Virus record (IMG/VR): IMGVR_UViG_3300032005_000008
Span: 1 to 47,053 of that record
Length of the DNA: 47,053 bases
Source: a virus
Direction: 5' to 3' (one strand)
Positions 23,032 to 31,838 of the stretch are shown here, piece by piece. The position numbers and the translations under genes were made by a program. Position 1 is the first letter of the stretch. Each line of letters starts with the position of its first letter. The notes beneath the pieces were generated by a model. The model was not told the DNA's origin. It ran no database searches and worked only from the letters and a program-made list of their open reading frames with translations.

Positions 23032-23723
23032 TCTACCCAAGCATACTGAACGCAGTTGTCTCGGCCCTCGCGGCTGAGGCCATCGACAACACCAGCAAGC
23101 AGGCGTGGCAGAAGCTGTACAACTCTGCCGACGAGGAGGCGAGTGGTGATATGGCAACACTGGTTCGCTCCCGCGGCGCCGACACCATCGACCGTACTCA
23201 GGTGGACTGCTGGGTGTCCGCCCGCCTGCATAGCGCCCTGGAACAGAAGCATTGGGATGCGCTGGTGGCGAAGTACAGCACCCACAAGGGGCGCAAGGTG
23301 CAAGCCATCGCGGCGTTACAGGCCCTGATCAGCACCCCGGCACCGAAGTTGTTCCTGTTCAAGGCCACCACCGCCTGGGCTATTCCGCAGCTGAAGGGGG
23401 CACGGCAGAAGGTGGTCACGTCGGTATCGGTCGAGATTCCGCTGGACGCGCCGGCGTGGCGTCGCGAGTCGATGGTGAGGGCGGCGGTGGCTGCCGGCCA
23501 GGCCAAGGCGAAGAAGGACGGGACCCGATCCGCCGACATGATCGTGCTGAAGGATAGCTTCTACGACATGAACACATGGGACAACGACGGGACCCCGGAG
23601 TCGACCCGGCGCCGGTGGAGGCAGGATATTGGCAAGGATGCTGACGCCCTGGTTAACCAAGCGCTGGCCCATGCGGAAGAGATATTGGACGCGGAGGGGT
23701 TGTTGATTGGCAGGGCTGCGTGA
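23028..23723 (+). CDS. hypothetical protein in the late-antiterminator (Q) position
   Basis: It is the last gene before a consensus -35 promoter and a short terminated leader. The assignment rests on position only. Confidence 0.4.
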   Translation: MIYPSILNAVVSALAAEAIDNTSKQAWQKLYNSADEEASGDMATLVRSRGADTIDRTQVDCWVSARLHSALEQKHWDALVAKYSTHKGRKVQAIAALQALISTPAPKLFLFKATTAWAIPQLKGARQKVVTSVSVEIPLDAPAWRRESMVRAAVAAGQAKAKKDGTRSADMIVLKDSFYDMNTWDNDGTPESTRRRWRQDIGKDADALVNQALAHAEEILDAEGLLIGRAA

Positions 23724-23731
23724 TTGCCTGT

Positions 23732-23760
23732 TGACATCAGTGAGCGAATGAGCGAAATTA
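23732..23760 (+). promoter_or_regulatory. PR'-like late promoter
   Basis: TTGACA, 17 nt, then GAAATT, located 9 nt after the Q-position gene. Confidence 0.45.
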
Positions 23761-23805
23761 TCTCCATCCTGTCATTCCTGCGTGTGTAGGACTGACTAAA
23801 AATAA

Positions 23806-23830
23806 CCCGGCCACTGCGCCGGGTTTTTTA
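23806..23830 (+). terminator. intrinsic terminator (tR'-like)
   Basis: ACCCGGC-cactgc-GCCGGGT followed by T6. Confidence 0.8.
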
Positions 23831-23897
23831 TTGGACGGCTTTCTGGGCTATCCTCTAAGCCCTGAGAGTTTTTATATGGGCTGGGGGAGCAAGCTAA

Positions 23898-24437
23898 TTG
23901 ACCAGGTACATTTTTGTTGATAGCTGCGCCTTCGATGAACTCTTCAGGCACGGTATCGAGCCAAAGGAAATTGACTCCTCAGAGTTTCAGTTCTTTGTCA
24001 CGGGTGAGGTTTTGAAAGAGCTCAGTAATATTCCTGAGCGACCAGAAGAGCCTGGTAAGAAGGCGTTTATTGATCGGATATCCAAGAGCGGAGAAATACC
24101 CGAGAGAGGTTATTTCGGTTTTGGGCCGTCATCCTATGGCTTTGGCAGGGGATTTCTGGCAGATCTTTCGCAAACGGATTATCTGGAATCTACCAAAGAC
24201 CAGCTTGGGGAACCGAGACGATCCGGGGCTCCAAAAAACTCTACCGACAGACAGCTTCTTTCGCATGCCATTGTGTTTGCAGTTCTTACCAATGAGCCAA
24301 CCCTCGGCAACAGGGTCCTAATGGATAAAGCTATCGAGCGTGGAGCAACGGTTATTCGAATGCGGGACTTCGATCCCAAGGCTGAAGGGTTCATTCAATT
24401 TTTGAGGCGGCACTTTCCCAATGAAAGTGTTGCTTGA
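23898..24437 (+). CDS. PIN-like domain protein (orphan, AT-rich moron)
   Basis: TTG is the first codon after an in-frame TAA, with GGGGGAG 8 nt upstream. Acidic and PIN-like motifs are IFVDS, GEVLKEL, TDRQLLSHAI and AVLTNE. Confidence 0.55.
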   Translation: MTRYIFVDSCAFDELFRHGIEPKEIDSSEFQFFVTGEVLKELSNIPERPEEPGKKAFIDRISKSGEIPERGYFGFGPSSYGFGRGFLADLSQTDYLESTKDQLGEPRRSGAPKNSTDRQLLSHAIVFAVLTNEPTLGNRVLMDKAIERGATVIRMRDFDPKAEGFIQFLRRHFPNESVA

Positions 24438-24440
24438 TAT

Positions 24441-24476
24441 GGCATAACCCGGCAATAGATCCGGGTTTTTTATGCC
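24441..24476 (+). terminator. intrinsic terminator
   Basis: GGCATAACCCGG-caatagat-CCGGGTTTTTTATGCC. Confidence 0.8.
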
Positions 24477-24691
24477 TCGAATTCACCTGTAGCCAGGACA
24501 GCCCTCGGGACGACCTGGACGCCGATTAGCCGGACAGTACGGCGTACGGAAATAACACCGGCAGCCCGCGCACCTTGACCTCACATGCTTTCCGGGTGGC
24601 GCGAGACTTGAGCGGCGAGATCGATGCAATAGGGCGTCGACGCTGTGATGGTCTGCGGCAGACAGCGGGAAAGACTGCGCACCTATTCAGG

Positions 24692-24720
24692 GCCTCTGCA
24701 CTCGCAGGGGCTTTTTCTTT
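24692..24720 (+). terminator. intrinsic terminator
   Basis: GCCTCTGC-actc-GCAGGGGC followed by TTTTTCTTTT. Confidence 0.7.
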
Positions 24721-24732
24721 TGGGCAATGCCC

Positions 24733-24756
24733 AGGCCGACGCAGGCCTCTTTTCTT
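24733..24756 (+). terminator. weak intrinsic terminator
   Basis: AGGCC-gacgca-GGCCT followed by CTTTTCTT. Confidence 0.4.
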
Positions 24757-24770
24757 CCACGGTACCGCCC

Positions 24771-25088
24771 ATGACTGAAGTCTCGCGTATTGCAGACAGC
24801 ACGACATTCAAGGTCGTCGTCCCGGTCCTGCAAACGATCCTGTCAGCCGGTGCCATTGGTGCCTTCGTCTACGTGGTCGGTTCGCTCGGATCACTCCAGA
24901 TGCAGCTCGCCGCCTACCAGACCAACCAGGCCCTAATCGGGCAAAGGGTGGATTCTTTGGAGCGGTCCAGGGAGTCGACGGACAAGTTGGTCGATTCCCT
25001 TCGCGTGAACACCCAGCGCCAGGAGTTCAAGATCGACCAGGTAGGGGAGAGCCTGAAGGCCCTCGTCCAAACAGGTAGACCGAAGTGA
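24771..25088 (+). CDS. membrane-anchored coiled-coil protein (i-spanin-like topology)
   Basis: Internal ATG 24771. A TM segment VVVPVLQTILSAGAIGAFVYVVG is followed by a heptad-rich region. Confidence 0.6.
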   Translation: MTEVSRIADSTTFKVVVPVLQTILSAGAIGAFVYVVGSLGSLQMQLAAYQTNQALIGQRVDSLERSRESTDKLVDSLRVNTQRQEFKIDQVGESLKALVQTGRPK

Positions 25089-25321
25089 ATCGCCTGCTGA
25101 TCGTCCTCATTCTGCTCACAGGCTGTGCGCACAAGGAAGCGATCCAGGAACCACCGAAGGTTCAACGCGTCACCGTACACCGATATGTCAGCGAACAATG
25201 CCAGCCAGGCCAAGAAGAGCGCCTACGCGAGGCCCTGAAAAGTGCCCGAGAGTGGAAGCGCTATGCCGAAAGCCTGGAAAAACTGCCAGCAGCGAAGACG
25301 ACCCATGAAATTGATCCCTGA
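25085..25321 (+). CDS. small lipoprotein (o-spanin-like topology)
   Basis: GTGA overlap with the upstream gene (GTG start at 25085). Canonical lipobox LLTGC at residues 10-14. Confidence 0.65.
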   Translation: MNRLLIVLILLTGCAHKEAIQEPPKVQRVTVHRYVSEQCQPGQEERLREALKSAREWKRYAESLEKLPAAKTTHEIDP

Positions 25322-25529
25322 ATGGCGGAAGGCCTGGCGCATGACGAGCGTGCAATTGGCGATTGTCGGCGTAGTGCTCAATGCTGCCGCAACGGGCTGG
25401 TCATCGTTTCAGGGGCACGTCGACCCAATGGTCTACGCCATCGTGAACATGGTGCTCGGCATCGCGGTAGCAGTGTCCAGAGTGGTCAAGCAGCCAAAGC
25501 TCGCCGATCAGCCGGAACAGCCCGAGTAA
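25305..25529 (+). CDS. holin-like two-TM protein
   Basis: MKLIPEWRKAWRMTSVQLAIVGVVLNAAATGW... carries two hydrophobic helices and a charged C-terminus. Confidence 0.5.
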   Translation: MKLIPEWRKAWRMTSVQLAIVGVVLNAAATGWSSFQGHVDPMVYAIVNMVLGIAVAVSRVVKQPKLADQPEQPE

Positions 25530-25582
25530 AGCGCGACACGTTTCGCGCATCAGCAAATTGTGTCGCGACACTGGAGAAAAGC

Positions 25583-25804
25583 ATGGGCGATAAATCAGGC
25601 GAGCACGTCCACTGGGGCGACGATGGCCGAGGGCAGCGCGAAGTATTTCTGGACGGTGAGCGTATTGACTGCGTGACCTACTGCGACACGAAGGCCGGGG
25701 TCGCTGTGGTTGCCGATATGCCTCTGCGGTGCACTGACGGCAAGCACATCGACTACCGCCCTGTGTGGGGTGAGATCAACGTGATTTCCCTGGAGGGCGC
25801 ATGA
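25583..25804 (+). CDS. hypothetical protein
   Basis: CTGGAGAAAAGC-ATG start context. Confidence 0.55.
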   Translation: MGDKSGEHVHWGDDGRGQREVFLDGERIDCVTYCDTKAGVAVVADMPLRCTDGKHIDYRPVWGEINVISLEGA

Positions 25805-25992
25805 CCAACGTAACCCGCCTTCGCCACGCGCTCCCGCTGAGCCAGGACATCAACAAGGCCCTGACCGATCTGGATGCCGCGATTGCCAAAGCAGTAGACG
25901 CCGCCAAGTCTGCCGGACTGCCCCAGGGCCTGATCGTCGCTGAGCTCCATGGGCACGCCCACGCACAGACCCACCAGATGGTGACCGCATGA
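25801..25992 (+). CDS. hypothetical protein
   Basis: ATGA coupling. Confidence 0.5.
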   Translation: MTNVTRLRHALPLSQDINKALTDLDAAIAKAVDAAKSAGLPQGLIVAELHGHAHAQTHQMVTA

Positions 25993-26177
25993 CCGCAGAA
26001 ATCCATGACATCGCCGACCAGCGTCCGCATCTGACGGTAACGGCTGAAGACGGTGTCCACGTACTGCCGTGTGACCTGGTGCGCTCAGTGATCGCGGGCG
26101 ACAAGCCGTCCGCCACCCTGACCGAGCCGGTTCTGCGCCGAATCATTGAAGAATGGTTCCAGAGGGTAACGGCATGA
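25989..26177 (+). CDS. hypothetical protein
   Basis: ATGA coupling. Confidence 0.5.
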   Translation: MTAEIHDIADQRPHLTVTAEDGVHVLPCDLVRSVIAGDKPSATLTEPVLRRIIEEWFQRVTA

Positions 26178-26425
26178 CCGCAAAGCTGATTGACTTCAAG
26201 CGCGAGGGCTGGCGCGATGCCGCCAAGACCCTGCGCAAAATCGCTGATGACCTTGATGCTGGCGAGCACCCTGAATGCACGGTTGGAGCATTGACCCTGA
26301 TCGGCCCGAAAGGCGAGGTGACTGTATTTGGGCTGGGGCCAAAGTGTGACGACCTGCAATGCTTGGGTGCTATGCGCCTGGGTGAGCAGAAACTGATTGA
26401 TGTGCTGCTGGATATCGACGACTAA
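26174..26425 (+). CDS. hypothetical protein
   Basis: ATGA coupling at 26174. Confidence 0.5.
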   Translation: MTAKLIDFKREGWRDAAKTLRKIADDLDAGEHPECTVGALTLIGPKGEVTVFGLGPKCDDLQCLGAMRLGEQKLIDVLLDIDD

Positions 26426-26434
26426 GGAATTCCT

Positions 26435-27052
26435 ATGGCAACCAAGCAACCCGACTGGGAGCGCATCGAACAGCTCTTCCGGGCCGGACTGCTCTCCGTT
26501 CGCGAGATAGCGGCAGCCTGCGGCGTGTCTCACACCGCGATCAACAAAAGAGCAAAGGCTGAAGGGTGGGAGCGAGACCTCAAAGCCAAGATCAAGGCCA
26601 AGGCAGATTCACTGGTTTCCAAACGAGAGGTTTCCAGCAAGGTTTCCACGGAAGCGCTGGCAACCGAGCGTGGAATCGTAGAGGCCAATGCTGAGGTCAT
26701 TGCTGACATCCGCATGGCACATCGGACTGACATTGGCCGGTCTCGTCGCTTGGCAAACAAGCTGCTGGATGAGCTGGAGTCGCTGACCGATGAGCAGGGG
26801 ACCATCAAAGATCTGATTGCCCAGCTCAAGGAAGGCGACTCCGATGACGGCGATGCAATGTCCGACATGCTTGCCCTCGCCAACAAGATGGGCGCATTGC
26901 CTTCTCGCACCAAGACCATGAAGGAACTGGCTGAGACATTGAAGACGCTGGTCATCCTGGAGCGCCAGGCCTACGACCTTGACACCAAATCCGGCGGTAA
27001 CGATGCCGACGAGCTGTCCAAGATGATGGACGATCTATCGAAGGACGCCTGA
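26435..27052 (+). CDS. terS: terminase small subunit
   Basis: The N-terminal HTH is LSVREIAAACGVSHTAINKRAKAEGW. It lies directly upstream of the large subunit. Confidence 0.8.
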   Translation: MATKQPDWERIEQLFRAGLLSVREIAAACGVSHTAINKRAKAEGWERDLKAKIKAKADSLVSKREVSSKVSTEALATERGIVEANAEVIADIRMAHRTDIGRSRRLANKLLDELESLTDEQGTIKDLIAQLKEGDSDDGDAMSDMLALANKMGALPSRTKTMKELAETLKTLVILERQAYDLDTKSGGNDADELSKMMDDLSKDA

Positions 27053-27053
27053 C

Positions 27054-28541
27054 ATGAAGCCCGAGCACATGAAGCTGCTCCGGGATAAGCGTTGGCGTTT
27101 GAACAACCTCTACTTCATCACGGACAAAGCGGGCAAGAAGGTCCGCTTCCGGATGACGGACGAGCAGATCGAATACTTCGACGGGATGCATACCCGCAAC
27201 ATCATCCTGAAGGCTCGGCAGCTCGGCTTCACGACCGAGTGCTGCATCATCCAACTGGACGCGGCTCTATTCGAGTCGGCCAAGTGCGCCTTGATCGCTC
27301 ACACCCTGAACGACGCCAAGCGCCTGTTCCGGGAGAAGGTGAAATACGCCTACGACAACCTGCCGAAAGAGATCCGCGCCGCCAACCCGGCGAGCAACGA
27401 CGCCGCCGGCGAGCTGGTGTTCAGCAAGGGCGGTTCGATCTACGTTTCGACCTCGTTCCGGGGCGGCACGCTGCGCTATCTGCACGTCTCCGAGTTCGGG
27501 AAGATATGCGCCAAGTTTCCGCACAAGGCCCGGGAGATTGTCACCGGCGCCTTCGAGGCCGTGGCCACCGACTGCTTTGTCACGATTGAGTCCACGGCTG
27601 AGGGCCGGGCCGGCTACTTCTTCGACTACTCGCAGAGCGCAGAGAAGCAACTGCTGTCGGGTACGCCGCTCGGCAAGCTGGACTGGAAGTTCTTCTTCTT
27701 CAGCTGGTGGAAGAACAAGGCCTACTGGCTCGATCCGGCCGAGGCGATCATCCCGCAGCGCCTGACCGACTACTTCAACGAGTTGTTCGCCAAACATGGC
27801 ATCGACACGAACCCCGGTCAGCGCGCCTGGTACGCCGCCAAGGAGAAGACCCTCGGCGACGACATGAAGCGGGAATACCCGTCGATCCCGGCCGAAGCCT
27901 TCCAGCAGTCGATCGAGGGCGCCTACTACGCCCAGCAGTTCACCAAGCTGTACGCCGCTCAGCGCATCGGCACGCTGCCAGACAACAGCCACCTGCCGGT
28001 GATGACCTTCTGGGACATCGGCGTCGGCGACTCCACGGCCATCTGGTTCGTGCGTCAGGTCGGTAACGAGTACCACGTCATCGACTTCTACCAGAACAGC
28101 GGGGAAGGCCTGCGGCACTACATGAAGGTGCTCAAGGACAAGGGGTACACCTACTCCGAGCACTGGGGCCCGCACGACATCGACAACCGCGAGTTCGGCA
28201 GCGATGCCAAGACCCGCCGGGAAATGGCGCGCGAAGGCTACGAGATCGACGGCCAGCACTACCGCATGACGTTCCAAGTCGTGCCGAAGATCGGCGTCGA
28301 CGACGGCATCGATCAGGCGCGCGAGATTCTCGCTCACTGTGCCTTTGACGAGGCGAAGTGCGAAGAGGGCATCACCGCGCTGGAGAACTACCGCAAAGAG
28401 TGGGACGACAAGAAGGGCTGCTGGAAAGACCGGCCGCTGCATGACTGGGCGTCTCACCCGTCCGATGCATTCCGGTACTTCGCTGTCGCCAAGACCAAGC
28501 GCGTCACCATGACCCACATTCCTGTCACCTTCACTTTCTGA
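27054..28541 (+). CDS. terL: terminase large subunit
   Basis: 495 aa. The ATPase N-domain contains ILKARQLGFTT, and the nuclease C-domain contains FWDIGVGDSTAIWF and HWGPHD. Confidence 0.95.
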   Translation: MKPEHMKLLRDKRWRLNNLYFITDKAGKKVRFRMTDEQIEYFDGMHTRNIILKARQLGFTTECCIIQLDAALFESAKCALIAHTLNDAKRLFREKVKYAYDNLPKEIRAANPASNDAAGELVFSKGGSIYVSTSFRGGTLRYLHVSEFGKICAKFPHKAREIVTGAFEAVATDCFVTIESTAEGRAGYFFDYSQSAEKQLLSGTPLGKLDWKFFFFSWWKNKAYWLDPAEAIIPQRLTDYFNELFAKHGIDTNPGQRAWYAAKEKTLGDDMKREYPSIPAEAFQQSIEGAYYAQQFTKLYAAQRIGTLPDNSHLPVMTFWDIGVGDSTAIWFVRQVGNEYHVIDFYQNSGEGLRHYMKVLKDKGYTYSEHWGPHDIDNREFGSDAKTRREMAREGYEIDGQHYRMTFQVVPKIGVDDGIDQAREILAHCAFDEAKCEEGITALENYRKEWDDKKGCWKDRPLHDWASHPSDAFRYFAVAKTKRVTMTHIPVTFTF

Positions 28542-28548
28542 GGCTCAT

Positions 28549-30009
28549 ATGCCCAACTACAGCGCCATCAGGCAGGAGTACAGCGATGCCTTGCCCGGTT
28601 GGCAGCTGGTCAAGCGTTGCGTAGCCGGGCCGCGAGAGGTTCGCAAGTACAACGAATACTTGCCCATGCCGGATCCGCTGAATCAGTCGCCCGAGAATAT
28701 CGCCCGATACGAGCAGTTGAAGAAGCGCGCCATGTTCCTGAACGTGGTGGGCCGTACGCGTATCGGTCTGCTGGGCGCGGTGTTTCGCAAGACCGCTGAG
28801 ATCGAACTACCCGCCGCTATCGACTACTTGCTCGAGAATGCCAGTGGTGACGGGTCAAGCCTGGAGCAGCTGAGCAAGGAGTCCACCGGCGAATGCCTCG
28901 ACACTGGGCGCGGCGGCCTGCTGGTGGACTTCCCTAAGGTCCAGTTGCCTGAGGGCCAGACAGCGCTCACCGTCGCCCAGGCAGCCAATGCGCGAGCCTA
29001 CGTCCACTTCTATTGCGCCGAGAGCATCATCAACTGGCGTGAGGATGTGATTGATGGCGTGCGCCGGCTGGTGCTGGTGGTGCTGCACGAAAAGATCAAT
29101 GAGCCAACGGCTGATGGGTTCGAGTTCACCGCCAAGGATCAATACCGGGCCCTGATGATGCGCGATGGCCGCTACGTGCAGAGCGTGCATAGCTCGGAAA
29201 ATCCTGAAGGGGAAGAGACAGAGCCCAAGGACAAGACCGGCAAGCCTTTCGACCATATCCCGTTCCACTTCTTTGGCTCCGAGAACAACGACGCCAGCAT
29301 TGATAAATCACCGCTGGAAGACCTGGCCGAGGTGAATATCCTTCACTACGGCAACAGCGCTACGGTGGAGGAGTCTGGTTTCATCAGCTCCCAGCCGAGC
29401 CTCTTCATCACCACGGATATCGACCCAAGCGAGTTCGTGAAGCTGAACCCAAACGGTATGCACATCGGCTCGCGCCGCGGGCACAACCTGGGGAAAAACG
29501 GCACAGCAATCATGCTGCAGGCCAACGAGACGCAACTGGCTCGCGAGCTGATGAAGGACAAGGAAGAGCAGATGCTCATGATCGGCGCCCGCATCGTCCA
29601 GCAGGGCGGAGGCGCCGAGACGGCAGAGGCTGTCCGAATCCGGTACAGCTCTGACAACTCAGTATTGGGCACTATCGCTGGAAACGTGAGCGAGGCGGTG
29701 CGCCTGGCCCTGTTCGATGCCCAGCGCTTCATGGTGGGCACAGTGGACGAGAAAGGCACGGTGTTCTGGCTGAATCAGGAATTCTTTGATCAGGCCATGG
29801 ACGCCCAGGCCATCACGGCTCAAGTCCAGCTGTGGCAGCAAGGCATCATCGCCAAGCGTGATTTGCGCGTGAACCTGCGCAAGGGTGCGGTGCTTGAGGC
29901 CGATCGCACTGACGAAGATATCGATGCGGACCGGGAGGCTGACGCGCCTGTCCTGGGTAGCGAGGACGACCCGACCACCAATCAGCCGCCCGGGGTGAAG
30001 GATGAGTAG
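28549..30009 (+). CDS. portal protein (DUF4055-like)
   Basis: 486 aa, follows terL, with an acidic C-terminus. Confidence 0.9.
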   Translation: MPNYSAIRQEYSDALPGWQLVKRCVAGPREVRKYNEYLPMPDPLNQSPENIARYEQLKKRAMFLNVVGRTRIGLLGAVFRKTAEIELPAAIDYLLENASGDGSSLEQLSKESTGECLDTGRGGLLVDFPKVQLPEGQTALTVAQAANARAYVHFYCAESIINWREDVIDGVRRLVLVVLHEKINEPTADGFEFTAKDQYRALMMRDGRYVQSVHSSENPEGEETEPKDKTGKPFDHIPFHFFGSENNDASIDKSPLEDLAEVNILHYGNSATVEESGFISSQPSLFITTDIDPSEFVKLNPNGMHIGSRRGHNLGKNGTAIMLQANETQLARELMKDKEEQMLMIGARIVQQGGGAETAEAVRIRYSSDNSVLGTIAGNVSEAVRLALFDAQRFMVGTVDEKGTVFWLNQEFFDQAMDAQAITAQVQLWQQGIIAKRDLRVNLRKGAVLEADRTDEDIDADREADAPVLGSEDDPTTNQPPGVKDE

Positions 30010-31045
30010 CGAAGGCTATCTGACGGACGCCACCACCAGGCACCAGGTCTATGTCCAGCGTTATGCAGGCGGAAGCCTGAAGCGGGTGGCGGTCTTCATC
30101 AGCAAGGCCATCAAGGCGGCAAAGAATCGCGTATCGGCAGGGCTGAGCGATTACGGCACCAGACGCTACACCTCGCAGATAGAAACGCTCCAGGGCGATT
30201 TGCGGGGCATCTATGATGACATGAAGGGCAGGGCGCAGCTGGATCTTGGCGAGTTCGCGGTCTATGAGGCTGAGTTCAACGGCAAGATGCTGGGTAAGGT
30301 CATCAAGGCCGTTGTTCAGTTCAACGTGCCATCGGCTGAGATGGTGAGCGCGGCGGCACTGGCTGACCCGATGTTGCTGGAGGCTCGCAAGGGTGTGCAG
30401 CGGATCAGTATCAGCGGTGCGCTGGACCAGTTCGGCACGAAGAAGGCGGCCGAGATCATCGGCGAGATTCAAATCGGCTCCAGCTTGGGTGAGACCAGCC
30501 AACAGATCGGCCGGCGACTCACCAGCATCCACCAGTTGCATCAGGATCAGGCCTCGTCGCTCGTCCGCACCATGACCAACCATGTCGCCAGCACGGCGCG
30601 CATGGAAACGCTCAAGGCCAACGACGACATCCTGCAGGGCTGGCGCTGGATCTCCACGCTCGACAGCAAGACCAGCGCCATGTGTCAGGCGAGGGACCAG
30701 CACATCTACGGATGGGACGACCCCAAGCCGCCCGGCCACTGGAATTGCCGATCGAGCGCGCTGCCGGTGCTGAAAGATCAGTTTGCCCGAGAGATTCCCG
30801 GATCTACCCGGCCCTCAATCGGCCCTGACGGCGTCACGCTGGTGTCCAGCAAGACGAGCTATCAGGAGTGGCTTTCGCGCCAGCCCGCTGCCTTCCAGCG
30901 AGAAATCCTCGGCCCGAACCGCTACGCGCTCTTCACCAAGGGCGAGCTGACGCTGGAGAAGTTCGTGGATGACAACGGCAAGACGCTGACCCTTCAACAA
31001 CTGAAAGACCTTGAGCCGCTGGCATTCGAGCGAGCAGGGCTCTGA
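30002..31045 (+). CDS. head morphogenesis / minor capsid protein (SPP1 gp7 / Mu F family)
   Basis: The motif WRWISTLDSKTSAMCQARDQHIY...PPGHWNCRS is present. Confidence 0.85.
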   Translation: MSSEGYLTDATTRHQVYVQRYAGGSLKRVAVFISKAIKAAKNRVSAGLSDYGTRRYTSQIETLQGDLRGIYDDMKGRAQLDLGEFAVYEAEFNGKMLGKVIKAVVQFNVPSAEMVSAAALADPMLLEARKGVQRISISGALDQFGTKKAAEIIGEIQIGSSLGETSQQIGRRLTSIHQLHQDQASSLVRTMTNHVASTARMETLKANDDILQGWRWISTLDSKTSAMCQARDQHIYGWDDPKPPGHWNCRSSALPVLKDQFAREIPGSTRPSIGPDGVTLVSSKTSYQEWLSRQPAAFQREILGPNRYALFTKGELTLEKFVDDNGKTLTLQQLKDLEPLAFERAGL

Positions 31046-31063
31046 CAACGAACCACACAAACG

Positions 31064-31087
31064 ACCGGCCTTGAGCCGGTTTTTTTA
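31064..31087 (+). terminator. intrinsic terminator
   Basis: ACCGGC-cttga-GCCGGT followed by T7. Confidence 0.75.
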
Positions 31088-31128
31088 TGCCTGAGGCTGA
31101 GCCAACGGCAAATCATCCGGGGGATGAC

Positions 31129-31824
31129 ATGAAGTATCTGATCGACAAGGCAGCATTCGACGCACTCGAACCATCCCTGCAAGCCTTCTACAAGGCGCAG
31201 GGCGATAACTACGTCCTGGCAGTTGAAGGGCTGCCCACTGGTGGCGAGGATCTGGAAGGCCTGAAGCGCCAGAACCAGACGCTGCTGGATGAGGCGAAGG
31301 AAGCCAAGCGCCTGAAGCGTGAGGCGGACGAGAAGCTCGAGCGCGAAAAGCTCGACGCCGCCAAGGCGAAAGGCGACTTCGAGCAGCTGTACGCAAGCAG
31401 CGAGCAAGCCCTTGCGGCTGAGCGCACGCGCCTGGCTGAGCTGACCGCCAGCATCGAACGTCGAGACCTGACGGCGGCAGCGTCGAAGGTATCCACCAGC
31501 ATCGCCGACGGCGAGAACGCTGAGATCCTGGCTGAGTTCGTCCAGCGCCGCCTGAAGATCGTAGAAGGCCAAGTCAAGGTCACGGACGCCTCCGGAAACC
31601 TGACCATCGCAACACTCGATGACCTGGCAAAAGAATTCCAGCAAGCGCCGCGCTACGCAGCATTGGTGCGCGGCACGCAAGCGAACGGCGGCGGGGCTGC
31701 CGGGGGTAAGGGTGGCGGGGCCACCAAAACGTGGGACCAAATGACCGGTATGGAGCGTGTTGAGCTTCGCCGAACCAACCCCGCCGAGCACGCGCGCATG
31801 AAAGCCGCTGCTGAGGCCAAGTAA
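31129..31824 (+). CDS. scaffolding protein
   Basis: ATG 31129 follows GGGGGA. It has a coiled coil rich in charged residues, a Gly-rich tract, and a position upstream of the capsid gene. Confidence 0.75.
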   Translation: MKYLIDKAAFDALEPSLQAFYKAQGDNYVLAVEGLPTGGEDLEGLKRQNQTLLDEAKEAKRLKREADEKLEREKLDAAKAKGDFEQLYASSEQALAAERTRLAELTASIERRDLTAAASKVSTSIADGENAEILAEFVQRRLKIVEGQVKVTDASGNLTIATLDDLAKEFQQAPRYAALVRGTQANGGGAAGGKGGGATKTWDQMTGMERVELRRTNPAEHARMKAAAEAK

Positions 31825-31838
31825 AAGGAACTGCCGCA

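Noticed and set aside
27267-28517. 416-aa minus-strand ORF opposite the large terminase. Similar long antisense ORFs occur at 11412..12590, 19828..20565, 31653..32690, 32703..33881 and 29846..30739.
   Set aside because: They are shadow ORFs typical of high-GC DNA. They are Arg/Gly/Ala/Pro/Leu-rich, lack an RBS, and fully overlap genes with clear family signatures on the other strand.
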